Shown: positions 28,247-35,776 of the stretch, one piece after another | Layout: each line of letters begins with the position of its first letter | How positions within the stretch are numbered: the stretch's first letter is position 1 | Program-made: the position numbers and the translations under genes | From: an uncultured Candidatus Saccharibacteria bacterium | GTDB lineage: Bacteria; Patescibacteriota; Saccharimonadia; Saccharimonadales; JAGQMS01 | DNA: 64,000 bases | Direction: 5' to 3' | Assembly (NCBI GenBank): GCA_964554485.1 | Contig: CAZKOX010000001.1 | Coordinates: 9,363 to 73,362, forward strand | Notes under the pieces: model-generated | Database searches by the model: none | Told to the model about the DNA's origin: nothing | What the model saw: only the letters and a program-made list of their open reading frames with translations

Positions 28247-30771
28247 AGGTAAGTATTAACTTAGCGCAGTATTATTCGAATGTTGATTTGAAGTCTATTC
28301 CTCATGACGAATTGCTGAAAAGAATCGGCTCACAGCTGGGTGCTGTTGAAGAAGTTGTTGACTGGACACCAAAATACCAAGGAGTAGTTGTTGCAGAAAT
28401 AAAATCTTGCGAGAAACATCCTAATGCCGACAAGTTGCATGTTGTTATGTTAGACGACGGCGGAAAAGTTAAAGGAGTTAAGAGAGATAAAGACGGTCTT
28501 GTTCAGGTGGTGTGCGGTGCGCCAAATGTACGTGCTACGCTACAGGTAGCGTGGATACCACCAGGGGTGGTGGTGCCATCAACATTCGGAACAGATGATC
28601 CGTTTACTTTAGAGACCCGTGAACTTCGCGGAGTTATTAGCAACGGCATGTTAGCCAGTCCGAAAGAGCTTGGCATTTCTGATGATCATGAAGGCATTTT
28701 GGAAATTACAGCCGAGGGTGCGAATAAAAAACCAAAAGCCGGCGACCAATTTGTTGAATACTTTGGTCTTGATGATTTAGTGATTGATTGCGAAAACAAA
28801 ATGTTTACGCATCGGCCGGATTGTTTTGGAAATCTTGGTGTAGCCCGTGAACTAGCCGGTATTTCTGGCCTTAAATTTGTAAGCCCGGAGTGGTATTTAA
28901 AGTCGCCAAGGTTTGGAAGCAGTAGCAAACTACCATTAAGAGTTAAGGTCGAAAGTAATTTCGTGCCAAGATTTATGGCTGTTGCCCTTGAAAACATAAC
29001 GGTCACGAAAAGTCCTTATTGGTTACAGTCGGCACTGACGCGAGTTGGGATCAAGCCGATTAATAATGTTGTTGACGTAACAAATTATGTTATGCATTTA
29101 ACCGGCCAGCCACTGCACGCTTTTGATTATGACAAACTTAAGATGCGTTCTGGTGTCGGTGTAGTTATTGGACCGAGACAAGCTAAAAAAGGTGAAAAGC
29201 TAACACTACTTGGCGGAAAAGAAATTGAACTAAGCAGCGAAGATATCGTGATAGCCACCGATAAAAAAGCCGTTGCTCTAGCTGGGATTATGGGCGGTCA
29301 AGAAACAGAAGTTGATGAAACGACTAAAAGAATAGTTATTGAGTGTGCGACATTTGACATGTTTACGATTCGCCGCAGCAGTATGCGTCATGGTTTATTT
29401 ACGGATGCATCTACTAGGTATACGAAAGGTCAAAGTCCACTACAAAACGACCGAGTATTGGCCTATTGCATGAAGTTGATTGGCGAATTGTCTGATGGTG
29501 TTCAAGCTAGTGATGTTAAAGATGAACGGCAAAAAATCAAAAAGCCGGAGGCCGTAAAAGTTAGCGTTGATTTTATAAATAGTCGTCTTGGCTCAAAACT
29601 TCGAAGCCAAGAAATTGTTAAGTTGCTCGAAAATGTAGAATTTGAAGTTGCTACTAGTAATGGAAATCTAAGAGTTGTTCCACCTTTTTGGCGAACAGAT
29701 ATTGAAATTAAAGAAGATGTTGTTGAGGAGGTTGGGCGGTTGTATGGTTACGACAAATTGCCTGTCGCTCTGCCATCGCGAAGCGCCAAGCCAACATCTC
29801 GCAACGAGCTACTAGAACTTAAGCAAAATATTCGAGAAAGACTCAGTGCGGCAGGAGCCAATGAAATTCTAACTTACAGCTTTGTGCACGGAGATCTAAT
29901 GCGAAACTCTGGAATAGATCCAGATAAATGGGCATACCATATTCGAAACGCCATTAGTCCAGGCCTGCAGTACTGTCGAACCAGCTTAGTACCTAGCCTT
30001 CTTGAAAAAGTTTATTCTAATATTCGAAGTGATTTTATTAAGCCAAATGATGATAATGAATTTGCGATATTTGAGATCGGCAAGGCACATATAAAAGGAC
30101 ACGATGATGATGAAAAACTGCCTGGAGAATTTGAACGTCTTGCTTTAGTTTTTTCGGCAGACCAAAAAACTGCCAAGAACAAATATAACGGTTCGGCATA
30201 CTACCAGGCTAAAAAATACTTAGAAGTATTACTCGGTGAGCAGGCAACATTTGCACCGCTTTCAAATAATAGCTACCCGATAACAAGTGCTTATGAATTA
30301 AGTCGAAGCGCTACGATCATGGTTGGTGGCGAGACGTTTGGTGTCATCGGTGAATTTAATCAAACCTTCAAAAAAGCCTTAAAGCTACCCGATTTTACAG
30401 CTGGCTTTGAAATTGACTTAAATTTGTATCAAAAACTTACCGGTACGAATAAGCAGAAATATTCACCTCTTTCTGTGTTTCCGAAAACCGAACAAGATAT
30501 TACCTTTAAGATCACAAGCAAAACTGCTGTTTACGAATTGTATAATCTTGTTTGCTCGGAACTAGATAGGGAGTCTAGGGAAAATGGTTTTATATCAACA
30601 ACTAAGGTTCGCGACATATATCAGTCGGAGGAAGATAAAAATCATCGAAATATCACCCTAAGACTTTGGTTAAGTCACCCGGCAAAAACTTTGAAAACAG
30701 ATGAGGTAAATAAGTTGTTAGATAACATAGCAAAGAGGGCACATGAAAAGTTGGCTGCAAAACGCATCTAG
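28243..30771 (+). CDS. pheT: phenylalanine--tRNA ligase beta subunit
   Basis: 842 aa with N-terminal tRNA-binding (EMAP-like) domain, B3/4, B5 and C-terminal FDX-ACB regions. Confidence 0.9.
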   Translation: MKVSINLAQYYSNVDLKSIPHDELLKRIGSQLGAVEEVVDWTPKYQGVVVAEIKSCEKHPNADKLHVVMLDDGGKVKGVKRDKDGLVQVVCGAPNVRATLQVAWIPPGVVVPSTFGTDDPFTLETRELRGVISNGMLASPKELGISDDHEGILEITAEGANKKPKAGDQFVEYFGLDDLVIDCENKMFTHRPDCFGNLGVARELAGISGLKFVSPEWYLKSPRFGSSSKLPLRVKVESNFVPRFMAVALENITVTKSPYWLQSALTRVGIKPINNVVDVTNYVMHLTGQPLHAFDYDKLKMRSGVGVVIGPRQAKKGEKLTLLGGKEIELSSEDIVIATDKKAVALAGIMGGQETEVDETTKRIVIECATFDMFTIRRSSMRHGLFTDASTRYTKGQSPLQNDRVLAYCMKLIGELSDGVQASDVKDERQKIKKPEAVKVSVDFINSRLGSKLRSQEIVKLLENVEFEVATSNGNLRVVPPFWRTDIEIKEDVVEEVGRLYGYDKLPVALPSRSAKPTSRNELLELKQNIRERLSAAGANEILTYSFVHGDLMRNSGIDPDKWAYHIRNAISPGLQYCRTSLVPSLLEKVYSNIRSDFIKPNDDNEFAIFEIGKAHIKGHDDDEKLPGEFERLALVFSADQKTAKNKYNGSAYYQAKKYLEVLLGEQATFAPLSNNSYPITSAYELSRSATIMVGGETFGVIGEFNQTFKKALKLPDFTAGFEIDLNLYQKLTGTNKQKYSPLSVFPKTEQDITFKITSKTAVYELYNLVCSELDRESRENGFISTTKVRDIYQSEEDKNHRNITLRLWLSHPAKTLKTDEVNKLLDNIAKRAHEKLAAKRI

Positions 30772-32512
30772 ATTTTTACTAGCATTCTTAGTGATAAGTT
30801 TGTTATTACCAGTGAATGCCGCAAGGGCTGATGTTAATGATTTTGTGATCAACGATTTTTCGGCAACCTATGAACTTAATCGTGACGACCCACAGGGCAA
30901 GCTGACAATTGATGAAAAGATTGACTTAACGTTTTCTGACAACAACCATGGAATTTTAAGGTCTATTCCTGAAAAATATGGCAGCGACGACACTAATCTT
31001 AGGATTATTAGTGTGATGCGCGACGGAGCAAGCGAACCCTACACAACGTATTCACAAAACGACAATCTTGTACTCCAAATTGGCGATGCCGGGAGAACAA
31101 TCACAGGTGCGCATAGCTATGAAATAAAATATTCCGTCGAAAATATTATTCGTTTTTATAAAGATCATGATGAACTGTATTGGGACGTTAATGGGGATGA
31201 TTGGTCGCAGAAATTTGAGTCTGTAAGCGCTAATATTACTATTCCTGGCGGCATAGATTATGCGCAGGGCATGGAGCCACAGTGCTATACAGGTAGCTTT
31301 GGATCTAGTGCCCAAGAATGTGAGATAGTAAAAATTGACGATGACGCTTTGAGTGTTCGTACAAAAACAGAATTGCAGTCAACGCAAACCTTAACCTTCA
31401 TCGCTGCTTTTCAAAAAGGTTACTTTACGCCTGTTCCGCTATGGCGAAAACTTATCAAGTACATTCCGGCGTTAGCTTTCGTAACTATTGAACTTTTGGT
31501 TATTGCGTCGGCTTATAGAAAATGGCGTAAATTCGGCAAGGACTATCCGAGTTCGCCGGTAATAGCTCCAGCTTTCGGAGCGCCAAAAAATTTGGATTTA
31601 CTGAGTTCGGCGTATGTTTATGATGAAGCTACACTGCCAAAGCACATATCAGCAAGTATTATTGATCTTGCGGTTCGTGGCTATGTTCAAATAATTGAGT
31701 CTGATGGTGGTGGTTTGATAAAGAAAAAAACAAAGCGTTCACTAAAACTACTTAAGCCATTTAATGAGCTAAGAAACCAAGAGACTATAATTTTGTCGGC
31801 ACTTTTTGATGATTCTGAACCGGGTGCGGTAATCGATCTCGATGACAAAAAATCAAAACTTTATAAAGAAGTAAATAAACTATCGAAGTCATTAAGTGAC
31901 GCAACAGCAAAAAAAGGTCTATACGAGGTATCGCCGGAAAAAGGGCAGAGTATGCTTATGAAACAGATATTTGCCATGATCATTCTACTGTTTGTGGCAT
32001 TCATGGCGGTTGCTCTGTCCTCAGCAGCGCCTATCGTACTTGGCTTTATTGGTTTGTTCATTATTATCGGCCTTCAGTCGGCTATGAAAAAGCGCAGTAT
32101 GCGGGGTGTTCAGGTTAAGAATGAGCTCGAAGGCTTAAAGTTATATCTTGGCATGACCGAAAAAGAACGAATGACGCAGTTGCAGGGCGCCAACGCACCG
32201 CTGGCAGAAAATGCACACGAACCAATACGCAATGTTAAGTTATTCGAAAAACTATTACCCTACGCCATTATTTTTGGAGTTGAAAAAACCTGGGCAGAAG
32301 CCTTTAAAGATTTGTATACTACTCCACCGGATTGGTACCAGGGTAATTGGTCAACCTTTAATACTGCCATGTTTGTGTCGCATTTGAACAGCAGTGTATC
32401 GGCAGTTAGTTCATCGTTTACTGCGCCGTCGAGTAGTGGTAGTTCAGGCTTTTCTGGAGGGGGAGGGTTTTCGGGTGGCGGCGGCGGAGGTGGTGGCGGA
32501 GGAGGCTGGTAA
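30743..32512 (+). CDS. DUF2207-family membrane protein with signal peptide and C-terminal poly-Gly tail
   Basis: Signal peptide, a roughly 220-aa exported domain, TM helices, C-terminal SSGSSGFSGGGGFSGGGGGGGGGGGW typical of DUF2207. Confidence 0.6.
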   Translation: MKSWLQNASRFLLAFLVISLLLPVNAARADVNDFVINDFSATYELNRDDPQGKLTIDEKIDLTFSDNNHGILRSIPEKYGSDDTNLRIISVMRDGASEPYTTYSQNDNLVLQIGDAGRTITGAHSYEIKYSVENIIRFYKDHDELYWDVNGDDWSQKFESVSANITIPGGIDYAQGMEPQCYTGSFGSSAQECEIVKIDDDALSVRTKTELQSTQTLTFIAAFQKGYFTPVPLWRKLIKYIPALAFVTIELLVIASAYRKWRKFGKDYPSSPVIAPAFGAPKNLDLLSSAYVYDEATLPKHISASIIDLAVRGYVQIIESDGGGLIKKKTKRSLKLLKPFNELRNQETIILSALFDDSEPGAVIDLDDKKSKLYKEVNKLSKSLSDATAKKGLYEVSPEKGQSMLMKQIFAMIILLFVAFMAVALSSAAPIVLGFIGLFIIIGLQSAMKKRSMRGVQVKNELEGLKLYLGMTEKERMTQLQGANAPLAENAHEPIRNVKLFEKLLPYAIIFGVEKTWAEAFKDLYTTPPDWYQGNWSTFNTAMFVSHLNSSVSAVSSSFTAPSSSGSSGFSGGGGFSGGGGGGGGGGGW

Positions 32513-32544
32513 CTTCCTGCCTTCTGCACCGCAACATAAAGCCA

Positions 32545-32680
32545 CAGCCAAGCTGTACCTTTATGTTGCTTTTGGCGCATTTGCAATCTTTCTTCTCCGC
32601 TACTCACTTCAGCGTACAAAGTACGCTTTGTTCCGTTGCTCGAAGAAATATCGCAACTACACTCAAATGCAAAACGCAGG
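32545..32680 (+). repeat. conserved intergenic structured element, copy C
   Basis: cagccaagctg..tttggcgcatttgcaa..tactcacttcagcgtac-aaa-gtacgct..gttccgttgctcgaag..caactacactcaaatg; hairpin agcgtac/gtacgct. Confidence 0.55.
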
Positions 32681-32754
32681 ATCGCGCCTTGCCCAGAACT
32701 AAACGCAAACTCGGAAGGAAATGGCTTATAATTTAAGGAACAGGAGGAATTACT

Positions 32755-33576
32755 ATGTCGATGCCGCTTCACTTAGTTTTTGTAAGACACGGATTATCAG
32801 AAGGAAACTTTGCTCGTGAAAAAGCTAAAGTTGGCGACAAAAGCTATTTTAATGATGGGTTTCTCGAAAGGCCGGGGCATGAATGGCGTTTAATGCCCGA
32901 GGGGGTTGAGCAAGCTAAAAATGCCGGTGTTTGGATTAATAAGTACGTACTAAAAGCATACAATCTAGATAAGTTTGATAGATATATGTATTCGCCGCAC
33001 CGTAGAACGCGCGAAACAGCAGCCTCTTTGGGGCTTGAAGGTGCAAAATGGCGCTTGAATCGAATGCTTCGCGAAAGGTCTTGGGGAGAAACCGAAGAGC
33101 TAAGTCGCGAAGAACACGCCAAGCTTTATCCAAGAAATTACGCTTGGCAACAAAAAGATATTCTTAACTGGACGCCTCCGGGGGGTGAATCGATTGTCCA
33201 AATTTCTGACGGTCGAGTACGAGAATTCTTTGACACTCTACACCGCGAACATGATCACGATGGTGTGGATTCTGTACTGGCAGTGACGCACGGTGAGTGG
33301 ATGTGGGCGGCAAGATTAACGCTTGAATATATGTTCAACGAAGACTGGGTTGAATCTAGTAAGAACCCAGAAGAAAAAATACATAATTGCCAAGTACTGC
33401 ACTACACAAGAGTTGACCCGAAAACTGGCGAGATAGCGCCTTATTTGAAGTGGGTAAGATTGGTTAATGCAGGGTTTGAAAAAGCTGATGTAGGGGAGTG
33501 GCGAGAAAATGGGCGTAAATATTTGGATAATGAAGAGCTTCTAAAACAGGCAGAAGAGCTACCAAGACTTTGGTGA
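32755..33576 (+). CDS. histidine phosphatase family protein (phosphoglycerate mutase-like)
   Basis: RHG catalytic motif (LVFVRHGLSEGN) and a second His (VTHGEW). Confidence 0.75.
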   Translation: MSMPLHLVFVRHGLSEGNFAREKAKVGDKSYFNDGFLERPGHEWRLMPEGVEQAKNAGVWINKYVLKAYNLDKFDRYMYSPHRRTRETAASLGLEGAKWRLNRMLRERSWGETEELSREEHAKLYPRNYAWQQKDILNWTPPGGESIVQISDGRVREFFDTLHREHDHDGVDSVLAVTHGEWMWAARLTLEYMFNEDWVESSKNPEEKIHNCQVLHYTRVDPKTGEIAPYLKWVRLVNAGFEKADVGEWRENGRKYLDNEELLKQAEELPRLW

Positions 33577-33800
33577 ATATATTCATTGACAGAAGTATAC
33601 GAAAGTTGTAGATTAATGTTCAGCCTCGTTGAGCAATTAGCTCCGAGGAGTTATTTAACAGGTGTTGGCAAACAAATTGTTTCTTCTTCCCACAGGAGTT
33701 TTTATAGAAATCTTGCCGATACAGACGGCCGCTACTATGTCTTATATTTTAAGATCTAGCAGTGGCCGGCTGTCTCGTATGCAGCTTTCCTAAAAGAAAT

Positions 33801-33874
33801 AGCCCTGTGGTGAAGCTCGGAGTTCACATCTCCCGCACAAGGAGAAGGTCGCGGGTTCAAATCCCGCCAGGGCA
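33801..33874 (+). tRNA. tRNA-like gene, anticodon loop cgCACaa (Val-CAC by position), non-canonical G33 and A1:A72 mismatch
   Basis: Hand-folded cloverleaf: acceptor gccctg/cagggc, D-arm gtga-agctcggagt-tcac (G18G19 present), anticodon stem tctcc/ggaga, T-arm gcggg-ttcaaat-cccgc. Loop lacks U33. Confidence 0.5.
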
Positions 33875-34026
33875 GCGATGATTACAAGTCGAATATCGTC
33901 CGGTTTAATCCGGGGTAGTCATTAGCGAGCAGAGTAATCTGCTTGCGAGGGTTGGCAGACGCGCTAGCGCAGAAAGCCAATTGGGGTGGCGGTCGACCGG
34001 CAACGGTCGACTGCCACTTCACCAAG

Positions 34027-34100
34027 CGGGGATTAGCTCAATCGGTAGAGCACCCACCGTAATACGTGGCAGGTTGTGGATTCGAGTTCCGCATCCCCGA
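34027..34100 (+). tRNA. tRNA gene, identity unresolved (anticodon arm folds as 4-bp stem with 8-nt loop cgtaatac)
   Basis: Acceptor cggggat/atccccg, U8, D-arm gctc-aatcggta-gagc, T-arm gtgga-ttcgagt-tccgc, discriminator A. The anticodon region cccaccgtaatacgtgg cannot form a canonical 5-bp/7-nt arm. Confidence 0.55.
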
Positions 34101-34224
34101 CTGCTTGGAGTGTGAGCGTAAGTCTAGCTTTCCTTGAAGTGAAGGTCTTCGTGTACGAAAGTAAATGGTGGACGGTACTTTTTCACCTAACGAGACCGAC
34201 GACGACACACTCCAGGCAACCCCC

Positions 34225-34297
34225 GCCCTTGTAACTCAGTTGGCAGAGTAGCCGCCTTCAAAGCGGTATGTCATGGGTTCGAATCCCATCAGGGGCA
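34225..34297 (+). tRNA. tRNA with anticodon UCA (UGA-decoding; opal suppressor-like or recoding tRNA), canonical 73-nt class I cloverleaf
   Basis: Acceptor gcccttg/caggggc (one G-U), D-arm actc-agttggca-gagt, anticodon stem gccgc/gcggt with loop c-u-UCA-a-a, variable loop 5 nt, T-arm atggg-ttcgaat-cccat, discriminator A73. Confidence 0.7.
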
Positions 34298-34343
34298 CGT
34301 TTCCGACCACGAAGCGCACGGTATGTGTTCGTGGCGAAACAGG

Positions 34344-34388
34344 GGTGGGGCGACGAGCGAAAGCTTGTTGCCCCACCTATCTTCTTTT
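34344..34388 (+). terminator. Rho-independent terminator after tRNA cluster
   Basis: ggtggggc...gccccacc 8-bp GC stem enclosing an inner stem-loop (gagcgaaagctt), followed by tatcttctttt. Confidence 0.7.
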
Positions 34389-34616
34389 AGTCTGAACATG
34401 TTGGCGTGAGTGCTTGTGTGTTTAGATTAATAGTCTTGCCTGAAGCAGCCGGGGGGCCGGCTTCAGGCGAGCTGCCGAAGAGCGTGTGGTTCACCCCCTC
34501 GAACCGCGCACCGGCAGTGCCGAGGATTAGGAGGTGCGTACCCGTGAACGGCGCACTGACTTTTCCTCGGCAAAATCGATTGGAAGAATCCGAGACTCAC
34601 CTTGAAAGGGGTGAAG

Positions 34617-34754
34617 ATGACAACTCCGGGCTACAAGCCTTGCCCGAATCCCAAGTGCCAGGGCGGAAAGCATTACGCCAATGGCGCGCAAGTTTTTCTC
34701 GGGCTAGGGACGACTTGCACTACCTGCAATGGCAAGGGCGAAGTGAAGAAGTAA
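34617..34754 (+). CDS. small ORF (45 aa) encoding a zinc-ribbon / DnaJ-type CxxCxGxG finger peptide inside a GC-rich island
   Basis: MTTPGYKPCPNPKCQGGKHYANGAQVFLGLGTTCTTCNGKGEVKK. Strong SD aaaggggtgaag 5-7 nt upstream. Two Cys pairs (CPNPKC, CTTCNGKG). Local GC is clearly above the window average. Confidence 0.4.
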   Translation: MTTPGYKPCPNPKCQGGKHYANGAQVFLGLGTTCTTCNGKGEVKK

Positions 34755-35095
34755 CTTGATCGTCCGCCGGAGCTTATGCGAAGGAGGATGATCGAGGGGA
34801 TACTAAAAAGGTGGCCAACACCTGTATCTCCAATTAGCGTTAAACAAAATGTTTGACGGTAGCTGGAGATAAATATCATACAAAACAAAAGAGGCCGGAT
34901 TTCCAGCCCCTTTATGGGAAGGATTTTGGAGTACTCCACCCCTAGTCTCTTCCACACAATTAGGTTAGCATGGGTCTACTATTAATACGCAAGCATTTTA
35001 ATGATAAATTCGATGTTCGCTTCACAAAATTAACATCTTGAGCTATACTGTTGGGAACTGTTATAAATATTACTAATTGTTAGAGGAGTTTTTTA

Positions 35096-35758
35096 ATGTC
35101 AATTGCCCTGTCTGTCAAAAAACGTGAAGTTTTTGGTAACCGCGTAAAGAGTCTTTACCGCGATGGACTGATTGTTGGCAATGTTTTTGGTCGTGGCCAA
35201 ACATCGGTCGCGATTGAGGGTGATTATGAAACTATTCGAAAAGTTGTCACCGAAGCTGGCAAAAACCATCCAATTGAGCTAAAGATTGAGGGCGAAGGTG
35301 ATCATCTTGTACTAGTTAAGAATATAGACGTTGATCCGTCAAAAGGTCGAATCCGTCACGTTGAAATGCAAATGGTCAATCGAAATGAAAAAGTTGAAGC
35401 TGAAGTTCCGATTGAACTTGTTGGTACAGCGCCGGCAGTGCTTGCAGGCAACATGGTCATGACTCTAAACGACACGGTTATTGTGTCTGCTAACCCGACA
35501 AATCTTCCTGACCATCTTGAAGTGTCGGCCGAGCTACTTGTGGATCCAGAAGATATGATTACAGTTGCAAATATATCTGTTCCAAGCGGTGTCGAAATCA
35601 TGACTGAAGCTGATACGCCTTTATTTAAGGTTGAAGTACCTCGTAGCCAGGTTGAAGAAGCTGCTGAAGAGGGTGCTGAAGGTGAAGTTAGTGCGGCTGA
35701 TGTTCCAGCTGAACACGGCAGTGAAGATGCTGGATCTGAAGAAGCAAGCGAAAAGTAA
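35096..35758 (+). CDS. rplY: 50S ribosomal protein L25 / general stress protein Ctc (long form with acidic tail)
   Basis: N-terminal L25 fold block (LSVKKREVFGNRVKSLYRDGLIVGNVFG), C-terminal Glu/Ala-rich extension. SD agaggag upstream. Confidence 0.85.
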   Translation: MSIALSVKKREVFGNRVKSLYRDGLIVGNVFGRGQTSVAIEGDYETIRKVVTEAGKNHPIELKIEGEGDHLVLVKNIDVDPSKGRIRHVEMQMVNRNEKVEAEVPIELVGTAPAVLAGNMVMTLNDTVIVSANPTNLPDHLEVSAELLVDPEDMITVANISVPSGVEIMTEADTPLFKVEVPRSQVEEAAEEGAEGEVSAADVPAEHGSEDAGSEEASEK

Positions 35759-35776
35759 AAAACTAGCAAAAACCCC

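Noticed and set aside
32260-32772. 170-aa minus-strand ORF with a poly-proline run (PPPPPPPPPPPENPPPPEKP)
   Set aside because: It is the antisense reading of the poly-glycine C-terminal tail of the DUF2207 gene (ggn repeats read as ccn = Pro). It overlaps a well-supported + strand gene and repeat copy C, so it is a frame artefact.
33801-33874. Possibility that the first tRNA-like gene is the 3' part of a tmRNA (its T-arm and 3' end ggtcgcgggttcaaatcccgccag resemble the ssrA 3' end)
   Set aside because: The matching 5' acceptor strand lies only about 70 nt upstream and the intervening sequence folds as a complete D-arm and anticodon arm. There is no tag-peptide reading frame or pseudoknot region, so it is a compact tRNA-like gene, not tmRNA.
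34406-34759. 117-aa GTG-initiated ORF across the GC-rich island
   Set aside because: High local GC suppresses stop codons in all frames. The ORF has no SD and a non-protein-like composition. The 45-aa zinc-finger sORF in another frame has a proper SD and a recognisable motif.
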